Source of the DNA: Flavobacteriales bacterium
GTDB lineage: Bacteria; Bacteroidota; Bacteroidia; Flavobacteriales_C; GCA-002722245
Assembly (NCBI GenBank): GCA_023251095.1
Contig: JAHEZL010000004.1
Coordinates: 48,226 to 112,225 of the forward strand
DNA: 64,000 nt
Direction: 5' to 3'
The notes below the pieces were generated by a model. The model was not told the DNA's origin. It saw nothing but the letters and a program-made list of their open reading frames with translations, and did not search any database. Position 1 is the first letter of the stretch; every line of letters begins with the position of its first letter. This document shows positions 17,697 through 26,763 of this stretch, one piece after another. Made by a program: the position numbers and the translations under genes.

Positions 17697-18594
17697 CATA
17701 CTCCTCGGAGTTTTGGCTTTTCTTTTTTCATGTGGAGAGAACGGAAAGCAACACTCTTCAAAAATCTATATTGTCACCACCACCGGCATGATTGCCGATG
17801 CGGTGAAAAACATTGCCGATACTTTGCTTGAAGTGGAAGCTTTGATGGGACCCGGTGTTGATCCTCATTTGTATAAAGCCAAGCAAAGCGATACCAAAAA
17901 ATTACTGGAAGCCGATGTGGTGTTTTACAACGGTGTTCATTTGGAAGGCAAGATGGCAGAATCATTGGAGAGTCTGGCCAAAACAAAAGCTGTATACGCA
18001 GTAGCCGATGGCATTCCGGAAAGCAAATTGATCAGTACTTCCCAATTTTCGGGGACGCATGATCCACATATCTGGTTTGATGTGAATTTATGGATGGATG
18101 TAGCAAAATACATCAGCCATCAACTACAGAAAAAATATCCTGAACATCAGGAGCACTTCAAAAAAAATACGGAGGAATATCTTAAAAAACTGGAAGAGTT
18201 CAATGTATGGGTAACAGAAGAAATTAAAAAAGTTCCTGATTCCGTTAGGATATTGGTTACTGCCCACGATGCTTTCGGGTATTTTGGTAGAGCCTATGGA
18301 ATGAAGGTAGAAGGGTTGCAAGGAATATCAACGGTTTCTGAGCCGGGCTTAAAAGACATTACCGCGTTGGTGGAGCACATTTCGCAATTAAAAGTGAAAT
18401 CAATATTTATGGAGTCCTCCGTTTCGGCACGTTTTATTAATGCAGTAGTAGAAGGCTGTAAAGAAAAAGGGCACGATTTGAAATTAGGAGGCACTTTATA
18501 TTCTGATGCGATGGGTGCGGCAGGCACTGAAGACGGAACTTATTTAGGAATGATTCGCCACAACGTGAACACCATCGTTGGCGGTTTAAAATAA
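17668..18594 (+). CDS. metal (Mn/Zn) ABC transporter substrate-binding lipoprotein (TroA/ZnuA/MntC family)
   Basis: Lipobox LAFLFSCG, HDAFGYFGRAYG motif and His/Asp metal-ligand positions. The start may be the ATG at 17677. Confidence 0.9.
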   Translation: MSLMKNLRNSILLGVLAFLFSCGENGKQHSSKIYIVTTTGMIADAVKNIADTLLEVEALMGPGVDPHLYKAKQSDTKKLLEADVVFYNGVHLEGKMAESLESLAKTKAVYAVADGIPESKLISTSQFSGTHDPHIWFDVNLWMDVAKYISHQLQKKYPEHQEHFKKNTEEYLKKLEEFNVWVTEEIKKVPDSVRILVTAHDAFGYFGRAYGMKVEGLQGISTVSEPGLKDITALVEHISQLKVKSIFMESSVSARFINAVVEGCKEKGHDLKLGGTLYSDAMGAAGTEDGTYLGMIRHNVNTIVGGLK

Positions 18595-18600
18595 AGGCTT

Positions 18601-19389
18601 ATGATCATCCACGCAGAAAATCCAATTATAGAAGTGCACGATTTAACGGTGAGTTACAACAACAAACCGGTGTTGTGGAATGTTGATTTTACGCTGCCCG
18701 CCGGACAAATGATTGGCATCATCGGTCCCAACGGAGCTGGGAAATCCACCTTGCTTAAATCGCTCATGAATTTAATTCCCAATAACAGCGGCTATATTAA
18801 ATTGTTCAACGACGATTTAAATAAAGTGCGCCATAAAATTTCTTACGTTCCGCAACGCGAATCGGTGGATTGGGATTTTCCGGCAAGTGTAATGGACATT
18901 GCATTGATGGGAAGATACAAGCCGGGAAATATTTTTAAAAGATTTACTTCTGAAGACAAAGATATTGCAGCCGATTGTTTGAAGCGTGTGAAGATGCTGG
19001 ATTATGCCAAGCGACAAATTTCACAATTGTCGGGAGGGCAACAACAACGCGCTTTTTTGGCGCGTGCTTTGGCGCAGCAAGCCGATTTGTATTTAATGGA
19101 TGAACCTTTCGCAGGCGTAGATGCCTCAACAGAAAAATCCATTATTGAATTGTTTCTTTCCATGAAAGAAGAAGGAAAAACCATTTTGGTGGTACACCAC
19201 GATTTACAATCTGCAGCCGATTATTTCAATTGGATACTTTTAATTAATACCCGTTTGGTGGCCTCCGGACCAACGAGTAAAATTTTCACTCCCGAAATGT
19301 TGCGTGAAACATACGGCGGTAAACTCACCGTGTTAACGAAAGTAGGGGAGATCATAGCCGAAACTCAGTTCCCAATTCGCGAACAATAA
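18601..19389 (+). CDS. metal ABC transporter ATP-binding protein
   Basis: Walker A GPNGAGKST, signature LSGGQQQRAFLARAL, Walker B LYLMDEP. Confidence 0.92.
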   Translation: MIIHAENPIIEVHDLTVSYNNKPVLWNVDFTLPAGQMIGIIGPNGAGKSTLLKSLMNLIPNNSGYIKLFNDDLNKVRHKISYVPQRESVDWDFPASVMDIALMGRYKPGNIFKRFTSEDKDIAADCLKRVKMLDYAKRQISQLSGGQQQRAFLARALAQQADLYLMDEPFAGVDASTEKSIIELFLSMKEEGKTILVVHHDLQSAADYFNWILLINTRLVASGPTSKIFTPEMLRETYGGKLTVLTKVGEIIAETQFPIREQ

Positions 19390-20690
19390 TGATAGCTTTT
19401 GAAAATATCATTGATTTTCTTTCTCTGAAAGAAGCCAACGTTCGCTACGTGGTGCTCGGTACTATATTATTAAGTATCGCTTCTTCGGTGATTGGTTGTT
19501 TTGCTTTGTTGCGCAAACGTGCGCTGATTGTAGATTCTATTTCGCATTCTATTTTACCCGGCGTGTGTATGGGCTTTATGATTTCGGGCACCAAAGATCC
19601 TTTGTTTTTATTAGGAGGAGCAATGCTCACAGGATGGCTGTCGATTTACTTTATTGATATCATTACTCGCTATTCAAAAATAAAAGCCGATACTGCAATC
19701 GGTTTAAATCTCTCGGTATTTTTTGCTGTGGGAATTTTGTTGCTCACCATTATTCAGAATTCAGGAAATCCTAATCAATCGGGTTTATCCGATTTTCTTT
19801 TTGGAAAAGCAGCAACGATGGTGGAGTCGGATTTGTATACTTTCGGAGGAATGGCCTTGCTGGTTATTTCAGGAGTGGTGCTGTTTTACAAGCAATTTGT
19901 GTTGGTTTCCTTTGATATGAATTTTGCGAAAACAATAGGATTGAATATTAAATTCTACGAATTCATTTTATCGATATTGACTGTAATGGCTGTAGCTATT
20001 GGTATACAAACAGTAGGAGTGGTGTTGATGGCGGCGATGCTAATTACACCTGCGGCAACAGCGCGTTACTGGACAGATAATTTAAATAAAATGCTGGTCA
20101 TCGCTGCGCTCATCGGTGCCTTGTCGGGAATAGCCGGAGCCTTTGTTTCCTACTCTTATGAAAACATGCCAACCGGACCGTGGATCGTTATTGTGTTTTC
20201 GGTGATTGCCATGTTGTCGATGGTGTTTGCACCTAAAAAAGGAATTGTTTCAAAGTGGTTGCGACAAAAACGCAATTCGCACAAAATGATGGAAGACAAT
20301 ATCCTCAAAGCCTTTTATCGTTTGGGTGAAAAAGAAGGAGATTTTTATAAAAAACGAACAGTGGAAGATTTGATGAATCTGCGCAAATTCGAAAGAAATA
20401 AATTGCTCACAGGTTTGAAATGGCTGAGTGCAGAAAATACTATCGTGCACATCAATAACACTTATGTACTTTCCAAAAAAGGAAAAGCGATAGGAGAGCG
20501 GATAGTGAAAATTCATCGTTTGTGGGAGTTGTATCTCAAAATTTATTTGCGAGTTGCCGATGATCATGTGCACGATGATGCCGAAACGATTGAGCACATT
20601 ATCACACCGGAATTGGAGTTGCTATTGGAGAAACAATTGGATTATCCGACGGAGGATCCGCATCATCAAAAAATTCCTTATTCAAAATAA
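19389..20690 (+). CDS. metal ABC transporter permease (ABC-3 family) fused to a C-terminal DtxR-like domain
   Basis: About 280 aa of ABC-3 permease, then a ~150-aa tail (…KIHRLWELYLKIYL…DDAETIEHIITPELE…YPTEDPHHQKIP) that aligns with the regulator 17025..17696 (RKHRLWEVFLAEKL…IHEIAEQLEHIVSV…FPKFDPHGDPIP). Confidence 0.85.
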   Translation: MIAFENIIDFLSLKEANVRYVVLGTILLSIASSVIGCFALLRKRALIVDSISHSILPGVCMGFMISGTKDPLFLLGGAMLTGWLSIYFIDIITRYSKIKADTAIGLNLSVFFAVGILLLTIIQNSGNPNQSGLSDFLFGKAATMVESDLYTFGGMALLVISGVVLFYKQFVLVSFDMNFAKTIGLNIKFYEFILSILTVMAVAIGIQTVGVVLMAAMLITPAATARYWTDNLNKMLVIAALIGALSGIAGAFVSYSYENMPTGPWIVIVFSVIAMLSMVFAPKKGIVSKWLRQKRNSHKMMEDNILKAFYRLGEKEGDFYKKRTVEDLMNLRKFERNKLLTGLKWLSAENTIVHINNTYVLSKKGKAIGERIVKIHRLWELYLKIYLRVADDHVHDDAETIEHIITPELELLLEKQLDYPTEDPHHQKIPYSK

Positions 20691-20691
20691 T

Positions 20692-21570
20692 ATGGATTTT
20701 AAATTTGAATTAATCATAATTATCACCGCCTGTCTGGTTGCTGTTAGCAGTAGTATCATCGGTTGTTTTTTGATTCTGCGAAAAATGGCGATGGTGGGTG
20801 ATGCCATTTCACATTCGGTGTTGCCGGGTATTGTGATTGCTTTTATGCTGGGTGGTAAATTAGGTTCGTGGTATTTGTTGGTAGGTGCTGCAGTGTTTGG
20901 AATCATCACTACTTTTTTGATAGAATTTTTTAATAAAAAAGGAGGGATGCAGCACGATGCAACCATTGGTGTGGTGTTTACATCGCTCTTTGCTTTCGGA
21001 ATTATTTTGGTGACGGTGTATGCGCGCGATGTGGATATTGATCAGGATTGCGTGTTGTATGGAGAGTTGGATCATGTGGCTTTTGAGGAAGGGATAACCA
21101 TGTTCGGACAAATTATTCCTTACACGATCGTTCGTTTGTCGGTAATGTTACTGTGCATTATTACCATGGTAGTGATGGGTTACCGCGGATTATTTCTTAC
21201 CACTTTCGATCCGGCTTATGCTGCAACAATAGGTATTTCAGTGATGGCCTGGCATTATGTGCTAATGGCATCGGTGTCGCTTTCCACCGTACTTTCCTTT
21301 GGATCGGTGGGCGCAATTTTAGTGGTTGCGTTTTTAATCACTCCACCTGCCACAGCGTATTTGCTCACCGATAAATTAAAGCAAATGATTTTTCTTTCTG
21401 TTGGATTTGGAATTACAGGATCTGTTATCGGTTATTATTTCGCAACAGCGATTGATGGTGCTACTTCAGCAGCGATAGCAAGTGTGCTGGGAATGCAGTT
21501 TATTTTGGTGTTTGTAGGGAAGATGGTGGAGAAGAAGTATTTTAATAAAGTAGCGGTCACAGGGGAGTAA
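20692..21570 (+). CDS. metal ABC transporter permease (ABC-3 family), second subunit
   Basis: Paralogous to the N-terminal part of 19389..20690 (…SSIIGCFLILRKMAMVGDAISHSVLPG…). The ATG at 20692 directly follows the stop of the upstream gene; the ORF-track start is extended. Confidence 0.85.
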   Translation: MDFKFELIIIITACLVAVSSSIIGCFLILRKMAMVGDAISHSVLPGIVIAFMLGGKLGSWYLLVGAAVFGIITTFLIEFFNKKGGMQHDATIGVVFTSLFAFGIILVTVYARDVDIDQDCVLYGELDHVAFEEGITMFGQIIPYTIVRLSVMLLCIITMVVMGYRGLFLTTFDPAYAATIGISVMAWHYVLMASVSLSTVLSFGSVGAILVVAFLITPPATAYLLTDKLKQMIFLSVGFGITGSVIGYYFATAIDGATSAAIASVLGMQFILVFVGKMVEKKYFNKVAVTGE

Positions 21571-21596
21571 TTCCACATTCACGAAATCCTCCTTCC

Positions 21597-21653
21597 CTTC
21601 ACACATTCAACGCACTCCTCCTTTTTCAAAGGAGGAAGGAAGTTAGCTGGCAT
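21597..21653. repeat. hairpin repeat of the CTCC-TTTTTCAAA-GGAG family (inverted copy of the 13163 repeat)
   Basis: CTCCTCCTTTTTCAAAGGAGGAAGGAAGTTAGCTGGCAT is the reverse complement of the 13163..13216 unit ATGCCAGCTAAC...CTCCTCCTTGAAAAGGAGGAG. Confidence 0.7.
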
Positions 21654-21693
21654 TTCCTGAAAAACATATTTTGAGAATGGATGAGTATGGGAC

Positions 21694-21752
21694 TTCTCCC
21701 TTTGAAAAAGGGAGAGTGCGAGGGATTCTGTGCGAAGGCAAGAGGGATTTTT
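21694..21752. repeat. left inverted repeat of the DUF559 cassette
   Basis: CTTCTCCCTTTGAAAAAGGGAGAGTGCGAGGGATTCTGTGCGAAGGCAAGAGGGATTTT. Matches the reverse complement of 22152..22211 (first 24 nt identical, about 85% overall). Confidence 0.75.
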
Positions 21753-21787
21753 TTATCTTTATCCCGCCAAACTAAACATTTTACTCA

Positions 21788-22153
21788 GTGAAAATCCATT
21801 ATAAAAACTACTTGAATCGCTATGCGAAGAATTTGAGGAATGTCTCTACTTATTCCGAAATATTATTGTGGAATGAATTAAAACAAAAACAAATTTTGAA
21901 TATGCAATTCAATCGTCAAAGACCAATTGGTAATTATATAGCGGATTTCTATTGCGCTAAAGCAAAGCTGATTATTGAATTAGATGGAATTACTCATCAT
22001 AGCGAGGAGCAGTATAGTTTGGATGTGCTGAGGCAAGCGGAATTAGAAAATATGGGGTATAAAGTTTTAAGATTTTCGGATGAAGAAGTGATGAAGGATA
22101 GACAAAATGTGTTGAGGACAATTGAGATAGAGTTAGAAAAACGATTCGGGTAA
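21788..22153 (+). CDS. DUF559 (Vsr-like endonuclease fold) domain protein
   Basis: …AKNLRNVSTYSEILLWNELKQKQ…FNRQRPIGNYIADFYCAKAKLIIELDG…H…E… matches the DUF559 pattern. GTG start; AT-rich relative to neighbouring genes. Confidence 0.75.
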   Translation: MKIHYKNYLNRYAKNLRNVSTYSEILLWNELKQKQILNMQFNRQRPIGNYIADFYCAKAKLIIELDGITHHSEEQYSLDVLRQAELENMGYKVLRFSDEEVMKDRQNVLRTIEIELEKRFG

Positions 22154-22211
22154 AATCCCTCTTTCCGCCGCACCATAAGCCCTCGCGCTCTCCCTTTTTC
22201 AAAGGGAGAAG
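22152..22211. repeat. right inverted repeat of the DUF559 cassette
   Basis: Reverse complement reads CTTCTCCCTTTGAAAAAGGGAGAGCGCGAGGGCTTATGGTGCGGCGGAAAGAGGGATTTT. Overlaps the last codons of the DUF559 ORF. Confidence 0.75.
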
Positions 22212-22264
22212 TTAGTTAGCGACCATACTTTGAAGTAGTGGATTTAAAAATCACTCCATTTTAG

Positions 22265-23191
22265 CTACTTCATCAATCCAAATGGATACAGCGTATAATA
22301 ATTATTCATTTTTTTGAAATACTTTTCGCTCATTGCTTTTTGATTAATGTCATTGGCGGTAACAAACATGTAGCTGTATAATACATATCGTTGAATGGAA
22401 GTTTCTTCCTTTTTCAAAAGTTCATTATCGATGGTGTTCAATAATTTTGAAGCGCGTTTTTTCAAATCTTCCATGGAGCCTTCAAAGTAATTTTCTTCAC
22501 TTTGCATGGAATCATAAATTAGTTTTAGTTCAACAATTTGTTGCGTTAAACGACGAGAGGGAAGAGCTGCCATTAATTCCTGAATCATTTCAATATTTCC
22601 GTTCCATTTCGGTTGAATAACTTCTGAGTATGCGATATAAGGCCAAAGTTTGTTTGGGTCTTTTGCCACAGCTTTAGTGAAAAATTCTTTGGCTTCTTCT
22701 ACTTGTCCATAGCCCATGTGTGCTCTAATTAACCGGGTGTATGCTTCGGTGCTTAATTTTGAATGGTCAGAAATTTCTGTCAGTTGTTCAAAGGCTTTAT
22801 CCTGATAAAATTGAAAGCCGTCTATTCCTTCCGGTGATACATCCTCAGCTACTGAATGTCCTCTGGAGAGCCATGCCTGATGTATATAATGTACGCCTAA
22901 AAGTAAGGTGGGAACTTCTGTAGATGTGGAGTTGTTTTGCCATTTCATTATTTTTTTCTCATTTACAGAAAGCGCAATGTAATCCAGTGCTTGCGTGAGC
23001 ATGTCGGAATTTAAACTGTAAATTTCAGTTTCTGCATCAGCGTATGCTCCTGAATCAATTAAGGATTTGAGCTTTTTAATGGTAGGATCACCGAACGAAT
23101 AATCTACTTTTTTACTTCCTCTGAACCATTTCAGAAATAAGAATATTGCAACAGCAGCAATTAGAACTAGGACTAGAATAATTAATTTCAT
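22265..23191 (-). CDS. hypothetical membrane-anchored protein (N-terminal TM, helical/TPR-like body)
   Basis: The ATG at 23191 gives MKLIILVLVLIAAVAIFLFLKW (signal anchor); the ORF-track start at 23266 is extended. Remainder is helical with Ala/Leu/Tyr-rich repeats. Confidence 0.5.
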   Translation of the reverse strand: MKLIILVLVLIAAVAIFLFLKWFRGSKKVDYSFGDPTIKKLKSLIDSGAYADAETEIYSLNSDMLTQALDYIALSVNEKKIMKWQNNSTSTEVPTLLLGVHYIHQAWLSRGHSVAEDVSPEGIDGFQFYQDKAFEQLTEISDHSKLSTEAYTRLIRAHMGYGQVEEAKEFFTKAVAKDPNKLWPYIAYSEVIQPKWNGNIEMIQELMAALPSRRLTQQIVELKLIYDSMQSEENYFEGSMEDLKKRASKLLNTIDNELLKKEETSIQRYVLYSYMFVTANDINQKAMSEKYFKKMNNYYTLYPFGLMK

Positions 23192-23310
23192 TTTAATTAG
23201 GATTAAGCAGTCGCAAAAGTACAGTAATACTTTTGGTTTTTTATAAGCAGAAGCTGAAAGCTTCAAGAAAATATTCCGCTAAGTTGAAAACTTAGCGGAG
23301 CGTTGTGTTA

Positions 23311-24939
23311 TTATTCTTTATCCATAAACGGATAAGGGTAATCCTTTGGCGGATTTAAATTTTCTTTGATGGTGCGTGCGCTGGTCCAGCGCAATAAGTT
23401 GATGAAAGATCCCGCTTTATCGTTGGTACCCGAGCTGCGCGCACCGCCGAAAGGTTGTTGGTTCACCACAGCACCTGTTGGTTTGTCGTTGATGTAAATA
23501 TTTCCGGCGGCGTGTTCCAGTATTTTTAGTGCCTGAACGAGAGCAAATCTGTCTTCGGAAATAATGGCGCCGGTGAGTGCGTATTCACTTGTTTGATCAA
23601 TGAGTTTTAAAGTTTCTTCAAAGAGCTTGTCTTCGTAAACATAGATGGTGAGCACCGGACCGAAAATTTCTTCGCACATCGTTTTGTATTTCGGATCCTT
23701 GGTCAACACCACGGTTGGTTCTATAAAATAACCGTCCGTTTCATCATAACCCCCGCCAATTAATATTTCAACTTCGGGAGATGATTTGATGTATTCTATA
23801 TAACTAACAATTCTGTCGAAAGCTTTTTTGTCGATGACGGCATTGATGAAATTTTCAAAATTTTCAGTGGGTCCGATTTTAAAAGAAGCCACATCTTTCA
23901 GTAAATTTTCTTTCACTGCAGGCCATAAGGATTGCGGAATATAAGCCCGTGAAGCCGCCGAACATTTTTGTCCCTGGTATTCAAAAGCACCTCTTGAAAG
24001 TGCAGTGCTAACAATTTTAACATCGGCAGAAGGATGAGCGATCACAAAATCTTTTCCGCCGGTTTCACCAACGATGCGCGGATAGGTTTTGTATTTTTCA
24101 ATGTTGTTGCCAATGGTTTTCCAGAGTTGTTTAAATACTTTGGTGGAGCCTGTGAAATGCAATCCTGCAAAATCGCGGTGATTAAAAATTACTTCGCCTA
24201 CTGCGGGTCCGTCGGCAATTACCATATTGATCACACCATCGGGCAATCCAGCTTCTTTAAAAATTCCCATGAGGAAATAAGCCGAGTAAGCTTGTGCTTC
24301 ATTTGGTTTCCAAACCACTGTATTTCCCATGAGTGCCGGTGCAGCAAATAAATTTCCTGCGATGGCGGTGAAGTTAAAAGGAGTGAGGGCAAACACAAAT
24401 CCTTCCAGCGCACGGTATTCTACTTTGTTGCTTATTTCAGTGGTGGAAGAAGGTTGATCATTGTAAATTTTCTCCATGAAGTAAACGTTGAAACGGAGAA
24501 AATCGGCAAGTTCACACGCCGCATCAATTTCGGCCTGGTAGGCATTTTTCGATTGTCCGAGCATGGTGCTCGCCAAAATTTTATAGCGCCATTTTTGTGA
24601 AACAAGATCGGCAGCTTTTAAAAATATTTTTGCTCTTTCCTGCCATGGCGTCGCGCTCCATTTTGCTTTGGCAGCAAGGGCAGCATCAATGGCTTGTTGA
24701 ACATGCTTTATGTCTCCAACGCTGTAAGTTCCCAGTTTGAGATTTAAATCGTGAGGAGGAAAAATATCAATTTTATGATCGGTGAAAATTTCTTTTCCGC
24801 CAATGTATAAAGGGATGTCGATGTGTTTGCTTCTGAGGTGGAGTAATTCTTTCTGAAGGAGTTCTCGTTCTTTGGTACCGGGAGCAAAGGAATAGGTGAT
24901 TTCGTTTTCGGGGACTGGAAAATGAAAAGAAGAGGTCAT
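23311..24939 (-). CDS. pruA: L-glutamate gamma-semialdehyde (1-pyrroline-5-carboxylate) dehydrogenase, aldehyde dehydrogenase family
   Basis: ALDH catalytic region FEYQGQKCSAASR, the ETGGKD Glu-active-site motif, and a length of 542 aa typical of the RocA/PruA clade. Confidence 0.85.
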   Translation of the reverse strand: MTSSFHFPVPENEITYSFAPGTKERELLQKELLHLRSKHIDIPLYIGGKEIFTDHKIDIFPPHDLNLKLGTYSVGDIKHVQQAIDAALAAKAKWSATPWQERAKIFLKAADLVSQKWRYKILASTMLGQSKNAYQAEIDAACELADFLRFNVYFMEKIYNDQPSSTTEISNKVEYRALEGFVFALTPFNFTAIAGNLFAAPALMGNTVVWKPNEAQAYSAYFLMGIFKEAGLPDGVINMVIADGPAVGEVIFNHRDFAGLHFTGSTKVFKQLWKTIGNNIEKYKTYPRIVGETGGKDFVIAHPSADVKIVSTALSRGAFEYQGQKCSAASRAYIPQSLWPAVKENLLKDVASFKIGPTENFENFINAVIDKKAFDRIVSYIEYIKSSPEVEILIGGGYDETDGYFIEPTVVLTKDPKYKTMCEEIFGPVLTIYVYEDKLFEETLKLIDQTSEYALTGAIISEDRFALVQALKILEHAAGNIYINDKPTGAVVNQQPFGGARSSGTNDKAGSFINLLRWTSARTIKENLNPPKDYPYPFMDKE

Positions 24940-24943
24940 GACA

Positions 24944-25330
24944 TTAGTTTAAAACAAATTTAGCCAGTAAATCGAATTTAGGAATGAAAACATCAAATTC
25001 TTCTCCTGTATCTAAATTTAAAAAAGTGTAATGTCCTTCCATGGTACCGATTCCTGTCTTTAAATCCGTGCCCGACTCATATCTATAAACATCGCCGGGA
25101 TTTAAAACCGGTTGCTGACCAACAACGCCTTCGCCTTCTACTTCGAGCTGTTCGCCAACGGAATCAATGATGTACCAAGAACGGGAAAGCAGCTGAACGC
25201 GGTGTTCTCCTAAATTACGGATGGTGATTTTATAAGCAAAAACAAAAACACCTTCACGGGGCATGGAATGCTTTTCCTTGAAAATGGATTCCACTGCGAC
25301 TTCTATATTTTCTGTGATTAGTTTTTCCAT
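24944..25330 (-). CDS. apaG: ApaG (DUF525) protein
   Basis: GEGVVGQQPVLNPGDVYRYESG core of the ApaG domain. Confidence 0.85.
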   Translation of the reverse strand: MEKLITENIEVAVESIFKEKHSMPREGVFVFAYKITIRNLGEHRVQLLSRSWYIIDSVGEQLEVEGEGVVGQQPVLNPGDVYRYESGTDLKTGIGTMEGHYTFLNLDTGEEFDVFIPKFDLLAKFVLN

Positions 25331-25337
25331 ACTCTTG

Positions 25338-26630
25338 TCATCTTAACGCACTTTTTACTAAAGAGGTTCCAAGTAACTGATAATAATCTCCGACAACACT
25401 TTTGAAATACACCAACACCTGATAAACGTTTTCGGTTTGGTAGAAATTGCCTTCGTAATAACCCTCGTCGGGCTTGAGTTCTTTGTCGCGAAGCACCACA
25501 TATTTATAATTGTAGTAGCCTTGTTTCAGCAGTAAAGTATTTTCGTAAGCTTTGGCTTCTTCGTTGTATTTCATTTTCGCTTCAGGCAATAGTTCCCAAT
25601 TGGTAAGTTGTCCGAAAACATACACATTGCCATCTTTCAAAGGAGGAATAGTATTGAGTTTAAAATGCACATAGGAATAATCAGCTTCTATTTCCGAGCG
25701 GTTTCCCACTTGCACTTCAATGCTTCTTTCGCCATCGATATCTCCGTAAAATCTGTATTGTTTGAAATTTCTTTTATCGTCGGGTTTTAACAAAGTATGA
25801 TAAATACCATCGGTAAATTCGTAATTTAAAATCCTTTCGGATTGATAGGTGAGTGAGCGGATATCAAAATAGCGCCATTCATTACCGGCATCAAAATTAT
25901 TTTCACCATCGTAATTGTAGTTCAACGATTCATTGCTGATGAAACGTGGTTTTAATCCTGTTATGGCATGGCTCCAGTTGTAGTTTTGAAGGAGCACTAC
26001 TTTAATTTCGGAAAAGGGATCGGTAATGTCTTTTTGTGCGGTAAGTAGATTAAAATCCAATTCATGTTTGTAGTATTGATCGGCCGGAATGCTGGATGGA
26101 CGAAGGGTGGGTTGAATTTCAAATTGTGCGTCTACCATCATGAAGCGCATGGTGAGCACAATGTTTTCGGGATTGTAATCCTGATATACTTTCACGATAT
26201 AATTTCCCGATTTGCTGATTTGGAAATTCTCGTGAGGAAAGGCAATGGAGTAGTGAATGTATTTTTGAAAAGTGTTGAAAGAGTATTCGTAGCCCGAAAT
26301 ATTTTCTTCGGTATAGCCTGATATATAATCGGAAGTAAAAAGATTGGTGGTGGGTTTCCAGTCGGGAGTACAATGAATAATGGTGTAAGTATAATTGTTG
26401 ATGTTCGGACTCAGATCATCGAAACTCAGTAAAAACTGCTGCCCCGAATTTAAAGCGATAACCGGAAAAGAAAGCGGCGCATCCTTAGGATGAAGGAGGG
26501 GAGTGCGGATGTTTTTTTTGTAAGCATGATTGTCGTAACGCAAATACTTATCGCTATAATAACTGCTGTCTTCTGCTGTTTGCGAAAACAAAAACAAAGG
26601 AGAAATCAATAAAAAGAAAAGTATTCGCAT
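25338..26630 (-). CDS. hypothetical secreted protein (DUF-type, beta-rich)
   Basis: Signal peptide MRILFFLLISPLFLFSQ. Operonic with apaG. Confidence 0.5.
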   Translation of the reverse strand: MRILFFLLISPLFLFSQTAEDSSYYSDKYLRYDNHAYKKNIRTPLLHPKDAPLSFPVIALNSGQQFLLSFDDLSPNINNYTYTIIHCTPDWKPTTNLFTSDYISGYTEENISGYEYSFNTFQKYIHYSIAFPHENFQISKSGNYIVKVYQDYNPENIVLTMRFMMVDAQFEIQPTLRPSSIPADQYYKHELDFNLLTAQKDITDPFSEIKVVLLQNYNWSHAITGLKPRFISNESLNYNYDGENNFDAGNEWRYFDIRSLTYQSERILNYEFTDGIYHTLLKPDDKRNFKQYRFYGDIDGERSIEVQVGNRSEIEADYSYVHFKLNTIPPLKDGNVYVFGQLTNWELLPEAKMKYNEEAKAYENTLLLKQGYYNYKYVVLRDKELKPDEGYYEGNFYQTENVYQVLVYFKSVVGDYYQLLGTSLVKSALR

Positions 26631-26763
26631 TTTTAAAAGTGTTCAAAAACCACGCCAGATAACATATTGCATTAATTTAGAGGTGATTTTCTGATTTTGA
26701 TTTTGCAGTTAATTCAAAGATAGATATTTTGCACTCACTTTAAAGCCAACGAAAACAATAGGT

